Below, piece after piece: positions 53,120 to 62,874 of a stretch of DNA of 64,000 nucleotides. The position numbers and the translations under genes were made by a program. Where the stretch lies: NCBI GenBank assembly GCA_964394405.1, contig CAYMVY010000003.1, positions 29,224-93,223 on the forward strand. Direction: 5' to 3'. Source of the stretch: an uncultured Gammaproteobacteria bacterium. Lineage in GTDB: Bacteria > Patescibacteriota > Patescibacteriia > Magasanikbacterales > UBA922. The notes beneath the pieces are model-generated. The model searched no databases. It was given only the letters and a program-made list of their open reading frames with translations, and was not told the origin of the DNA. Within the stretch, counting starts at the first letter, position 1. Every line of letters starts with the position of its first letter.

Positions 53120-54301
53120 ATGTTGAATAAAAATAAAATTTCAGAAGAATTGGTAAGCTTTCGTGGGATTTTTCAGCGACGTCTTACCTTATTACAAGGA
53201 ACCGCCCTCATTGTGAGTGGTACGATTGGTGCAGGTATCCTGAGTTTGCCATACGCAATTTCTCAGTCAGGTGCATTGATTGGTTTTCTCTACATCGCTA
53301 TTCTCGGTTTTCTCATGATTGTCCTCAATCTTATGTTGGGTCAGGTGGTATCTGTTCAGCCTACACCAGTACAGCTCCCAGGTTTGGCTCGGAAGTATCT
53401 AGGCAAATGGGGCGGGTATGCAATGAATATGATCCTCTATACTATGTTGACCGGTGTATTGGTCGTATATCTTATTGGGGAAGGAGAAACTCTCGCGGTT
53501 TTGTTTGGTGGAGAGCCTTTTTATTGGACTCTTGTGTTTTATCTTATTGCGGTAGTGCTTATTGCAGGTGGTATGCGAACTATCAAACGTATCGAATCGG
53601 TTTTGGTAGTAGGGGTTCTTTTGGTGGTATGTATGATTATTCTTGCAGGTGCCCCGCATGCGAATATCGATAATTTGCTTAATCATAATCTTGCCAATCT
53701 TTTATTCCCATACGGCGTTATCTTATTTGCCTTCCATGGAACGACTTCGATACCTGAAGTGTATTCCATTATGAAACATCGGAATGGTACGTTCAAACAC
53801 GCAATTATGAATGCTGGGACAATTGCGATTGTGGTATATGCTGGTTTTGCACTCATGGCTGTCGCAGTCATGGGAAATAATACGCCTGAAATAGCAACTG
53901 TAGGACTTGAGAGATATGTAGGATCGACCGCGTTTATATTCGGTAATATTTTTGCCCTTCTTGCGATGGGGATGAGTTTTTTGATTACCTCACTCTCGCT
54001 GCGGGATTCTCTTGTCTGGGATCATAAAATCAAAGACTGGATCGCCACTATTTTGGTTGTGGTTGTACCTTTTCTTCTTTTTTATTTTGGTCTCCGGAAT
54101 TTTGTTGCAGTGATCGATATTATTGGTGGGGTGCTTGTAAGTCTTGAGTTGTTTTTTATTATTGCTATTTATTGGAGAGCATACCGTAAAGGCGATTTAC
54201 AACAGCATACGTATCCACTCCATCGAATTATTATTTTTGTGATACCTCTTATCCTTGCATTGGGGGTTGGGGCAGTGTATAGTGTGGGGAAATTGTTTTA
54301 A
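53120..54301 (+). CDS. Amino-acid permease of the aromatic amino acid (HAAAP/Trp-Tyr) transporter type
   Basis: 11 TM helices. N-terminal GTALIVSGTIGAGILSLPYAISQSG motif typical of TnaB/Mtr/TyrP-like permeases. Confidence 0.6.
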   Translation: MLNKNKISEELVSFRGIFQRRLTLLQGTALIVSGTIGAGILSLPYAISQSGALIGFLYIAILGFLMIVLNLMLGQVVSVQPTPVQLPGLARKYLGKWGGYAMNMILYTMLTGVLVVYLIGEGETLAVLFGGEPFYWTLVFYLIAVVLIAGGMRTIKRIESVLVVGVLLVVCMIILAGAPHANIDNLLNHNLANLLFPYGVILFAFHGTTSIPEVYSIMKHRNGTFKHAIMNAGTIAIVVYAGFALMAVAVMGNNTPEIATVGLERYVGSTAFIFGNIFALLAMGMSFLITSLSLRDSLVWDHKIKDWIATILVVVVPFLLFYFGLRNFVAVIDIIGGVLVSLELFFIIAIYWRAYRKGDLQQHTYPLHRIIIFVIPLILALGVGAVYSVGKLF

Positions 54302-54385
54302 GTAAGTCGAAAGTCGTAAAGTCCATACAGTTATGTGTATTTTACTTTAAACTTTATAGACTTTCTGACTTTTTACTTATTTTAT
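54302..54385. repeat. AT-rich palindromic intergenic element, family C copy 1 (GAAAGTC/GACTTT units)
   Basis: taagtaagtcgaaagtcgtaaagtcc ... ggactttctgactttttacttat. It shares the 16-mer gaaagtcgtaaagtcc with 62027-62146. Confidence 0.45.
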
Positions 54386-55186
54386 ATGACTATATTTCAA
54401 GCTATTGTTCTTGGTGTGGTTCAGGGGCTTTCGGAATTTCTACCCATTTCTTCTTCAGGGCATCTTATTTTGGTTCCTGAGTTGCTTCACTGGGATGTGC
54501 AGGATCGCGCATTTGATGTGATGGTCCATCTAGGAACTTTGCTTGCCGTTATTGTGTATTTTCGAAAAAAGCTCTATGCCATGGTTCGTTCATTGTTTGT
54601 AAGAACAGATACTACAGGTGATCGTCGATTATTGTGGCTTATCTGTATCAGTATTATCCCGGCAGGAATTGTCGGATTATTTTTTGGCGATACATTAAAT
54701 TATTGGTTTCGATCTTCGGCAGTTGTTGCATATAATTTGATTTTTTGGGGAATTATACTTTTTATAGCTGATTGGTATAGTAAAACTAGGGTTACAAAAC
54801 CATTTGATCTCACTAATCTTAGTGCGAAGCACGCCATCATTATTGGAGTCGCACAGGCTGTAGCTTTGATTCCAGGAACAAGCAGGTCGGGGATTACTAT
54901 GACTGCAGGTCTATTTCAAAAATTTTCAAAATCAGCTGCAGCAGAATTTTCGTTTCTTATGAGTATTCCGATTACTGCTCTTGCAGGAATGTCGCTCTTT
55001 CGGGAATTGGCGGGTACCGGTATTGGCACTCTTGCGGTACCTGCTCTCATATGGGGTGGTATCGCTGCGTTTGTGAGCGGTCTATGCGCCATCTGGATTG
55101 TATTTGCGGTTATCAAAAAAATTAGCTTTACGCCATTTGTGGTCTATCGAATTCTCGTAGGTATTATTATTCTTTTTTTGGTGTAG
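54386..55186 (+). CDS. uppP: Undecaprenyl-diphosphate phosphatase
   Basis: MTIFQAIVLGVVQGLSEFLPISSSGHL and ..PGTSRSG.T.. BacA motifs. I read the 54335 ORF start one nucleotide later than the track, so the coordinate is ±1. Confidence 0.85.
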   Translation: MTIFQAIVLGVVQGLSEFLPISSSGHLILVPELLHWDVQDRAFDVMVHLGTLLAVIVYFRKKLYAMVRSLFVRTDTTGDRRLLWLICISIIPAGIVGLFFGDTLNYWFRSSAVVAYNLIFWGIILFIADWYSKTRVTKPFDLTNLSAKHAIIIGVAQAVALIPGTSRSGITMTAGLFQKFSKSAAAEFSFLMSIPITALAGMSLFRELAGTGIGTLAVPALIWGGIAAFVSGLCAIWIVFAVIKKISFTPFVVYRILVGIIILFLV

Positions 55187-55253
55187 CATGCTTGACCGGA
55201 GCGCATCGATGTGCTAGTATGATAAGTATGATTTTCATACTTATTATCACTCT

Positions 55254-55478
55254 ATGAAATCCACTAAACCTGATATGGGGACCTGCCATGGTACTACATC
55301 GCTCGGTGAGCGTGGCCAGATTGTCATACCCAAAAAAGCCCGGACAAAATTAGGACTCACCAAGGGAGATAATCTTCTTGTTATTGAAAAAGGTCCAGTG
55401 ATTGTCCTTATTCCTGTTACGGTTGCTGAGAAGATGATCACTGATTTTACCCGAGGACTTAAAAAAATACGAACATAA
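55254..55478 (+). CDS. AbrB/MazE/SpoVT-family small DNA-binding protein
   Basis: GERGQIVIPKKARTKLGLTKGDNLLVI matches the swapped-hairpin AbrB-N signature. Confidence 0.5.
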   Translation: MKSTKPDMGTCHGTTSLGERGQIVIPKKARTKLGLTKGDNLLVIEKGPVIVLIPVTVAEKMITDFTRGLKKIRT

Positions 55479-55503
55479 ATTACTTACTATTTACCTACTA
55501 TAT

Positions 55504-57156
55504 ATGTCAACATCAATATCAACTCCAGGAGTAAAAAAATGGTATAAGAAAAAATGGGTATACATTGTTTCAGGTGGTGCACTTCTTATTGGGGGAATCG
55601 TTTTTTCAAGTTTGGGAAATAATACCGATGAATCGATCTATGATACTGCTCTAGTCGAGAAGGGTACTCTGGTTCAGACTGTTGATGCTTCGGGCAATGT
55701 TGAGTCTGCCGATGAACTCGATCTGCGATTTGAATCAAGTGGTAGAATTGCGAAAATTTATACCCAAGTCAATCGCCAAGTAAAAAAAGGTGCTGTTCTC
55801 GCTGATCTTAATTTGGGGGAGTTGAATGCGAATATTAGTCAGTCGAGCGCTTCTTTGGCTCAGGCACAGGCGAATCTTTTGCAAATCAAGGCTTCTGCTA
55901 ATGATGCCATTGCTAATGCCGAGGCAGTACTGCAGAAAGCTGAGCTTAATCTCAAGCTGGCAGAAGGTGGATCGGACAGCCAAATTATACGTGATACCTA
56001 TAATGATGCTGTTGCGCTTGCGTTTACGACGCAGGCATCCATCTCTGAAGCACTGACAGAAGCAGATAATATTATCGGCGTTGAAAATCCGCTTGCGAAT
56101 GATGAGTATGAGAGCGTATTGTCTGTGCAAAATCCTTCACTTCTCGAGTCTGCTCGAAGTCAATACAGACGATCTTCGGCGAATTTTGACATTCTTAATA
56201 CAAAAATAAATATAATTTCTGTCTCTTCTCCACAATCAGATATTGATGCAACATTGGATTTGATTGAGCAGAGTCTCAATTCTCTCAAAGAATTGTTGTT
56301 CACTGTGTCTGAGGTTCTTAATGCGACTTCTCCCATTGGTAATTTGAGTGTTTCTGAGCTTAGTACGCTTAAGTCTGGTTTATCAACGGAACGGGCTTCG
56401 ATTAATACTGCGTACGCGTCATTGATTACTCAAAAGCAGGAGATTCAAAGTGCAAAAAATAGTTATGCCACGTATTCTGTTGCTTTTGCTCAGGCACAGA
56501 AGAATCTTGAAAATGCTAAAAATAAAGCAGCAGCCGATATCGCTGCATACGAAGCATCAATTCGACAATCACAAGCTTCACTCTCTGCTTCTGCTGCGAA
56601 TAGAAATAAATCTCGCATTGTTGCTCCTATTGCTGGAAAAGTCGCAAAGATTGCTTTTAAACCTGGAGAATTTGTGACCTCTCAGGATGTTATTGTAAAA
56701 TTAGTCAGCCCCCGTTTTGAAGTAAAAGTGGATATTCCTGAAACTGATATTGTAAAGATTCAAACAGGTGTTTCAACTACGGTTACCCTAGATGCATATG
56801 GGAGTGATGTTGAATTTAGCGGGTTTGTGACAGAAATTGATAGTGGTGAGACGGTGATTCAAGATGTAGTGTATTATAAAGTTACCGTTATTTTGGAGGA
56901 AAAGCCGGGCTTTCAAATTTTGAATGGCATGACTGCTGATGTTGTCTTTTATACTGAACAAAGGGAAAATACCTTATTTATTCCTCAGCGCGCGCTCAGA
57001 ACTGATGGTGAAACTAGAATCGTTCGTGTGCTCGAAAATGGTCAGCCACGAGAGGTTGAGGTCGTTACCGGCCTTCGGGGTGATGATGGGCTGATTGAGA
57101 TTGTTTCTGGACTTGAAGAGGGGCAGGAAGTGATCATACGGGAACGTGCTGAGTAG
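55504..57156 (+). CDS. Efflux periplasmic adaptor / membrane-fusion protein (HlyD/MacA family)
   Basis: N-terminal TM, long coiled-coil (..AQAQANLLQIKASAND..), beta-barrel and lipoyl-like C-terminal segments. Confidence 0.7.
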   Translation: MSTSISTPGVKKWYKKKWVYIVSGGALLIGGIVFSSLGNNTDESIYDTALVEKGTLVQTVDASGNVESADELDLRFESSGRIAKIYTQVNRQVKKGAVLADLNLGELNANISQSSASLAQAQANLLQIKASANDAIANAEAVLQKAELNLKLAEGGSDSQIIRDTYNDAVALAFTTQASISEALTEADNIIGVENPLANDEYESVLSVQNPSLLESARSQYRRSSANFDILNTKINIISVSSPQSDIDATLDLIEQSLNSLKELLFTVSEVLNATSPIGNLSVSELSTLKSGLSTERASINTAYASLITQKQEIQSAKNSYATYSVAFAQAQKNLENAKNKAAADIAAYEASIRQSQASLSASAANRNKSRIVAPIAGKVAKIAFKPGEFVTSQDVIVKLVSPRFEVKVDIPETDIVKIQTGVSTTVTLDAYGSDVEFSGFVTEIDSGETVIQDVVYYKVTVILEEKPGFQILNGMTADVVFYTEQRENTLFIPQRALRTDGETRIVRVLENGQPREVEVVTGLRGDDGLIEIVSGLEEGQEVIIRERAE

Positions 57157-57224
57157 AAATTCACAAGTAATCTACCGACAGGCAGGAAACTAAAAACGCA
57201 AAAGAAATACGAAAATTCAAATGT

Positions 57225-58712
57225 ATGGTCGATTTGAGTAAAATTTACGCTACTATCGGTGCTCTTGCAGAAGAGAAGAAAATCCCTGCGTATGCTGTCG
57301 GGGGATTTGTGCGTGACATACTCATGCATCGAGAATCAACCAAAGATTTGGATGTGGTTGTTGAGGGTAGTGGTATTGAATTTGCCAGGGCATTTGATGA
57401 GAGGGTAACACAAGAGGGGAGTCTGATTGAGTTTCCTGACTTTGATACTGCCCGATATGTGTATACCGAGGAAGACGAAGCTGGAAGAAAAATTCATTTG
57501 TTTGAACTTGAATTTGCGGGAGCGCGAAGTGAAGCGTATGATCCTAATTCTCGAAAGCCAAAAGTACAGTCAACCACACTCATCGAAGATTTGAGACGAC
57601 GTGATTTTACTGTTAATGCTCTTGCATTGCCGATTACTCCTCTTGGGCTGAGCAATGAGGTCATCGATCCATTTGATGGCGCAATTGATATTGAGAAAAA
57701 AATTCTTCGTACCCCACTGGATCCTGATGTTACCTTTTCTGAAGATCCGCTTCGAATGCTTCGTGCGGCGCGTTTTGCATCCCAACTTGGTTTTACGATT
57801 GAAGAGGGAACGTATGATGCAATTGCGCGTAATCGTGAACGATTGAAAATCGTATCAAAAGAGCGAGTGTGTGAAGAATTTTTTAAACTTCTCGCTACTC
57901 CAACTCCCTCTGTTGGGTTGTGGATTTTGTATCAAACAGGACTTATTAATGAATTTTTACCAGAAGTAAGTGAGTTGAACGGTGTTGAAGAATTGTACGG
58001 TCATCAACATAAAAATAATCTCGTACATACCTTTAAAGTAGTCGATAATATTGCGGAGCGTACTGATAATGTACTTCTTCGGTTTGCAGCACTTATGCAT
58101 GATATTGGAAAACCAGGGACCAAATCGTTTATCGCTGGACGTGGCTGGGCATTCGATATGCATGAACATTTGGGTAAAAAAATTGTGCGGGACGTAGGGC
58201 GTAGACTCAGGATGAGTAAGGGAGATATTGAATACGTGGCGCTTTTGGTCCGCTGGCACCAGCAGCCTATTTCACTTATGGACGAGGGGGTCACTGATAG
58301 TCCTGTACGACGTTTGATTGTGAATCTCAAAGACAATCTTTCTGACCTACTCACGTTGTGCCGGAGTGACATCACAACTGGAAATCCATATAAGCTCAAG
58401 AAACGATTGAAGAATTATGATTTTCTTGAAAAACGTATTTTCGAAGTAATGGAAAAAGATAAACTCCGGGCATTCCAATCACCAGTTCGTGGGGAGGAAA
58501 TTATGGAGCTTTCAGGGTTGAAGGCCGGACCAACTGTTGGAAAAATTAAGAAGCGAATTGAAAATGCGATTCTTGATGGTGAGATTCCGAATGAATATGA
58601 TGCGGCGAGAGTATATTTTGAGAAGATTAAAGACGAATTTATTAGTCAGGCTGAGGAATGGGAAAAAATAAACTCAAAGCTAAAAACTCAAAAGTCAAAA
58701 CTTTCAACTTAA
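57225..58712 (+). CDS. cca: CCA-adding tRNA nucleotidyltransferase with HD phosphohydrolase domain
   Basis: GGFVRDILM..DLDVVV head domain, RRDFTVNAL, and HD motif (HDIGKPGT). Confidence 0.85.
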   Translation: MVDLSKIYATIGALAEEKKIPAYAVGGFVRDILMHRESTKDLDVVVEGSGIEFARAFDERVTQEGSLIEFPDFDTARYVYTEEDEAGRKIHLFELEFAGARSEAYDPNSRKPKVQSTTLIEDLRRRDFTVNALALPITPLGLSNEVIDPFDGAIDIEKKILRTPLDPDVTFSEDPLRMLRAARFASQLGFTIEEGTYDAIARNRERLKIVSKERVCEEFFKLLATPTPSVGLWILYQTGLINEFLPEVSELNGVEELYGHQHKNNLVHTFKVVDNIAERTDNVLLRFAALMHDIGKPGTKSFIAGRGWAFDMHEHLGKKIVRDVGRRLRMSKGDIEYVALLVRWHQQPISLMDEGVTDSPVRRLIVNLKDNLSDLLTLCRSDITTGNPYKLKKRLKNYDFLEKRIFEVMEKDKLRAFQSPVRGEEIMELSGLKAGPTVGKIKKRIENAILDGEIPNEYDAARVYFEKIKDEFISQAEEWEKINSKLKTQKSKLST

Positions 58713-58785
58713 AACTCAAAAGTTTTAAGATTTGAGTTATAGTTTTTCGTTTTTAATTTTGAGCTTTTAACTTATTTGTATGTCC
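58713..58785. repeat. Family B palindromic element copy 2, opposite orientation to copy 1
   Basis: aaaactcaaaagttttaagatttgagttatagtttttcgttttt is the reverse complement of ..aacgaaaaactataacttaaatctcaaaaattttgagtttt.. at 45440-45490. Confidence 0.5.
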
Positions 58786-59505
58786 AAACTTATTGAAGTC
58801 AAGAATTTGAAAAAACAATACGAAAATGAGGAAGTAGTTACCAAAATTTTACATGGGGTGACTTTTGATATTGATAAAGGTGAATTTGTGTCGATCATGG
58901 GACCTTCCGGATCTGGGAAGTCGACACTCATGCACATCTTGGGCTTTCTTGATACCTTGTCTGAAGGAACATTCTTTTTTGAAGGGCAGGATGTAAGTAC
59001 GCTTTCTGATGATCAGCTTGCCGCGATGCGTAGTAAAAAGATTGGATTTGTATTTCAAGCATTTAATCTACTCAATCGTTCGACGACACTTGAGAATGTC
59101 ATGCTTCCTTTACTCTATACTGATGTACCAAAAAAAGAACGGATCACACGTGCGACTGAATTGTTGAATCAGGTAGGGTTGGGGCATCGTCTTGAATATT
59201 CTCCAAACAAATTATCTGGTGGTGAGAAACAACGTGTTGCTATTGCCCGCGCACTCGTGAATAATCCTGAAGTTATTTTTGCAGATGAGCCTACGGGAAA
59301 TTTGGATTCAAAATCAGGGTTGCAAGTTATGAAGATTCTTCAGGATTTGAATGAAAAGGGACATAGTATTATTCTGGTTACTCATGAAAAATATACTGCT
59401 GAGCATGCGAAACGCATTATTCGTCTCAAAGATGGTCTGATTGAGTATGATAAGGAAGTGGAACAGCGACAACTTGCGGGAGAGAATGGTGTACTCATAA
59501 AATAA
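58780..59505 (+). CDS. MacB/LolD-type ABC transporter ATP-binding protein
   Basis: [39 protein letters not shown]. Confidence 0.9.
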   Translation: MSKLIEVKNLKKQYENEEVVTKILHGVTFDIDKGEFVSIMGPSGSGKSTLMHILGFLDTLSEGTFFFEGQDVSTLSDDQLAAMRSKKIGFVFQAFNLLNRSTTLENVMLPLLYTDVPKKERITRATELLNQVGLGHRLEYSPNKLSGGEKQRVAIARALVNNPEVIFADEPTGNLDSKSGLQVMKILQDLNEKGHSIILVTHEKYTAEHAKRIIRLKDGLIEYDKEVEQRQLAGENGVLIK

Positions 59506-59526
59506 TATTGTCTTGGATAATACGTA

Positions 59527-60774
59527 TTGGTATCTATGGATTTTTTGGAAAGCACTGGTAATGCATTGAAAATAATTACTCGAAGTAAAGCTCGGTCTTT
59601 TTTGACCATGCTTGGTATTGTGATTGGTGTTATGGCAGTGATTATTGTGATGTCGGTTGGAGCTGGTGCGCAAAGTCTTATTCTCAACCAAGTAAAAGGA
59701 CTCGGTTCAAATCTGGTTGCAGTGTTACCAGGTGCCTCAGAGGAAGACGGTCCTCCTGCCTCTGCCTTGGGGATTGTGGTCACCACCCTCACCTATGAAG
59801 ATGGAGAAGCAGTACTTCAGGATGCATGCCCTTGTATCGAAGATCTTGCTGTATATGTCACCGGGAATGATATTATCACTGCGGGGGATTATATTACTCG
59901 GGGTAATTATACCGGTACGAGTGCTTCGTATATTCGTGTTGAAGATACAGAAGTCCAGATTGGTAGATTTTTTTCTACTGATGAAGAGAAGAATTTTGCA
60001 CGTGTTGCAGTACTCGGATCTGGGACTAAGGATGAATTGTTTGGTAGTGAAGATGCTATTGGTAAACGGATCAGAATTGGTAAGGTAAATTTTACTGTGA
60101 TTGGTGTTATGAAACAGCGTGGGGTTTCTGGGTTCCAAAATCAGGATAATCAGTTATTTATTCCTGTGAGTTCCGCTCAAAAGTTATTACTAGGTATTTC
60201 TCATGTGAATTATATAAGAATGAAAGTTGACACTTCGGAGAATGTAGCGAGAGCTATGGAGGATGTACGTGTGGTATTGCGTGATCGACATGATATTGGG
60301 CCTGATGAAGATTCTGATTTTTCAGTACGTTCAATGGCTGATGGACTAAGCGCGCTTACTAATATCACTAATGCATTAAAATTTTTTCTTGTTGCGATTG
60401 CGAGTATTGCATTAGTTGTCGGGGGATTCGGTATTATGAATATCATGCTTGCAACCGTGCAAGAGCGCACTCGAGAGATTGGTCTTCGTAAGGCAGTAGG
60501 TGCAACTTCACAACAAATCACTCTTCAGTTTTTGATAGAATCAGTAGTTATCACCTTTGTGGGTGGTACGATTGGGATCATACTCGGGGTACTTATTTCT
60601 GTGACTGTTGCACAGGTTGCCCAAGGATTGGGATATTCATGGGATCTAGTTATTACCCCTGGATCAATTGTGCTAGGGTGGGGTGTGTCTGTTGGAATTG
60701 GTCTGTTGTTTGGTATTTTACCTGCACGGCGGGCGAGCAGATTGAATGCTATTGAAGCATTACGATACGAATAA
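59527..60774 (+). CDS. FtsX/MacB-type ABC permease (4 TM with large loop), first of two
   Basis: TM1, ~240-aa extracytoplasmic domain, 3 C-terminal TMs, ..RRASRLNAIEALRYE. Confidence 0.8.
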   Translation: MVSMDFLESTGNALKIITRSKARSFLTMLGIVIGVMAVIIVMSVGAGAQSLILNQVKGLGSNLVAVLPGASEEDGPPASALGIVVTTLTYEDGEAVLQDACPCIEDLAVYVTGNDIITAGDYITRGNYTGTSASYIRVEDTEVQIGRFFSTDEEKNFARVAVLGSGTKDELFGSEDAIGKRIRIGKVNFTVIGVMKQRGVSGFQNQDNQLFIPVSSAQKLLLGISHVNYIRMKVDTSENVARAMEDVRVVLRDRHDIGPDEDSDFSVRSMADGLSALTNITNALKFFLVAIASIALVVGGFGIMNIMLATVQERTREIGLRKAVGATSQQITLQFLIESVVITFVGGTIGIILGVLISVTVAQVAQGLGYSWDLVITPGSIVLGWGVSVGIGLLFGILPARRASRLNAIEALRYE

Positions 60775-60784
60775 TTGTTATAGT

Positions 60785-62026
60785 ATGATTCTCAAAGATT
60801 TATTTACTATTGCGTCTGGTGCATTGCTTAGACAAAAAATGCGCACTATTTTAACCATGATTGCTCTTGGTATTGGCATTGCATCGGTCGTCATTATTGT
60901 TTCTGCAGGGAAAGGTCTGGAGTCGATGGTGCTTGGTGAATTGGATATATATAGCCCGAATACAATGAATGTGGAAGTGCGCGTGCCAGGTAAGGGAAAT
61001 GGGGGAAGCGCAACCAGTATGGCAAGCGGAGTGACTATCACGACTCTCAAGAATTCGGACATGGAAGCGATCATGAAGCACCCGAATATTTCTGTTGCCT
61101 ATGGATATGTCACTAGTCAGCAGGTTATTAAATATCGTGAACAGAATAAGACTGTCACCGTATTTGGGTACGGCGCATATGCGGCTGAGGTAGATAATTT
61201 GAAAATTGCAGAAGGAAAATTTTATACACCTGACGAAGAGAGTTCGCTAGCACAGGTGGTATTTATTGGATCGAAAGTAAAAGAAGATTTTTTTGGAGAT
61301 GATACTGCAGTTGGCAAGACTATTTTTATTAAAGGAAAATCATTTCGAGTGGTTGGAGTTCAGGAACCCATGGGTGCTTCATTCGGCTTTGATATGGACA
61401 ATATTGTGTATATACCGACTGAAACACTTCAGAAACGGTTTTTGGGGACTGACTATGTGATGGGGATTAATGCGCATGTGATTGATATGAGTCAGCTTGA
61501 AACCACCAAAGAAGACGTAGAGATGTTGTTGCGTGAACGACACGATATTACTGATCCTGATAAAGATGATTTTGAAGTGGCGACGATGGATGAGATTAGA
61601 GATACACTTGAGACAGTGGTTGGGGGTATCACCTTGTTGCTTATCGCTCTTGTATGTATTTCACTCATTGTGGGAGGAGTGGGAATTACCAATATTATGT
61701 ATGTGACAGTTGCTGAACGTACTTTTGAGATAGGTCTCCGCAAATCACTTGGCGCACGGTCAAAAGATATTTTGTTGCAATTTTTAATTGAAGCAATGCT
61801 TCTCACCTCCCTTGGAGGTGTGATTGGGGTGATTTTTGGAGTACTCATATCATATCTCGTCTATGTAGTGGCGACCAGTGTCGGTTTAAATTGGATTTTC
61901 TCGGTTCCTCTATATGCCGTTGTCTTGGCACTCGGCTTTTCTACTGCTGTTGGACTTTTCTTTGGGCTTTACCCAGCAAAGAAAGCTGCAAAATTGAACC
62001 CGATCGAAGCTTTGCGGAAAGAGTAG
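60785..62026 (+). CDS. FtsX/MacB-type ABC permease, second paralogue
   Basis: Same architecture. C-terminal ..KKAAKLNPIEALRKE. The ATG follows the upstream stop. Confidence 0.8.
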   Translation: MILKDLFTIASGALLRQKMRTILTMIALGIGIASVVIIVSAGKGLESMVLGELDIYSPNTMNVEVRVPGKGNGGSATSMASGVTITTLKNSDMEAIMKHPNISVAYGYVTSQQVIKYREQNKTVTVFGYGAYAAEVDNLKIAEGKFYTPDEESSLAQVVFIGSKVKEDFFGDDTAVGKTIFIKGKSFRVVGVQEPMGASFGFDMDNIVYIPTETLQKRFLGTDYVMGINAHVIDMSQLETTKEDVEMLLRERHDITDPDKDDFEVATMDEIRDTLETVVGGITLLLIALVCISLIVGGVGITNIMYVTVAERTFEIGLRKSLGARSKDILLQFLIEAMLLTSLGGVIGVIFGVLISYLVYVVATSVGLNWIFSVPLYAVVLALGFSTAVGLFFGLYPAKKAAKLNPIEALRKE

Positions 62027-62146
62027 TCTGGAAGTTGAAAGTCGTAAAGTCCGAAAGTCAGATCAACATTGCTTGTATCTTTGTATCTACTTTCGACTTT
62101 TAGACTTTTGACTTATAGCCTGTATTCAGGCTATACTGTAGCCACT
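62027..62146. repeat. Family C palindromic element copy 2. Contains TATACT 10 nt before the yidC ATG.
   Basis: gaagttgaaagtcgtaaagtccgaaagtcag ... ctactttcgacttttagacttttgactta. Confidence 0.45.
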
Positions 62147-62866
62147 ATGTTCGCATTTATCTGGAACGAAATACTCTATCAGCCACTGTTCAATGTCCTT
62201 ATTTGGCTGTATAACGATGTTACTAACCATAACCTTGGCTGGGCAGTCATTCTGCTTACACTTGCGCTTCGCGTCCTCCTCTTGCCGTTGTCGGTCATTG
62301 CTGAGTATAATCGGGTGAGAAATCAGGAGTTGTCTCAGGATATTGAAAAGATGAATCAGGATTTCAAATTTGATTCGATTCTTCGGAAAGAACAGATTCG
62401 AAAGCTTATTAAAACAAGGAAAGTACATCCTTGGGCAAAGACCCTTGGATTGGCACTCCAACTCTTGGTCTTGGTATTACTCTATCAGGTATTCTGGCGT
62501 GGGATCACTGGTGAGAAACTTATCACCTACCTCTACGATTGGGTTGATTTTCCGGGTACGATCAATATCATGTTTTATGGTTTTAATTTGTCAGCCAGTC
62601 ATGATATAGTATGGGCAGGGATTGTAGGGCTTCTTATGCTCGTAGAGATTTACCTTGAAGTACGTAGGGCTAAGCAGGCTCCTACCAAATCTGATCTTTT
62701 TTACTTCATTTTGTTTCCTCTGGTGACTTTCTACGTGCTCTGGATGCTCCCTATGGTAAAATCCCTCTTTGTATTGACCTCTATCGTTTTTTCTGCTATA
62801 GTGAATCCTTTATTGCATCGTGCAATGAAGAAGAAGCCTGCAGAAGCAAAAGATAGTCATCATTAA
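62147..62866 (+). CDS. yidC: YidC/Oxa1-family membrane protein insertase (short form)
   Basis: ..FIWNEILYQPLFNVLIWLY.. NLGWAVILLTLALRVLLLPLS.. and conserved 5-TM core, ~240 aa. Confidence 0.75.
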   Translation: MFAFIWNEILYQPLFNVLIWLYNDVTNHNLGWAVILLTLALRVLLLPLSVIAEYNRVRNQELSQDIEKMNQDFKFDSILRKEQIRKLIKTRKVHPWAKTLGLALQLLVLVLLYQVFWRGITGEKLITYLYDWVDFPGTINIMFYGFNLSASHDIVWAGIVGLLMLVEIYLEVRRAKQAPTKSDLFYFILFPLVTFYVLWMLPMVKSLFVLTSIVFSAIVNPLLHRAMKKKPAEAKDSHH

Positions 62867-62874
62867 TAATTACT

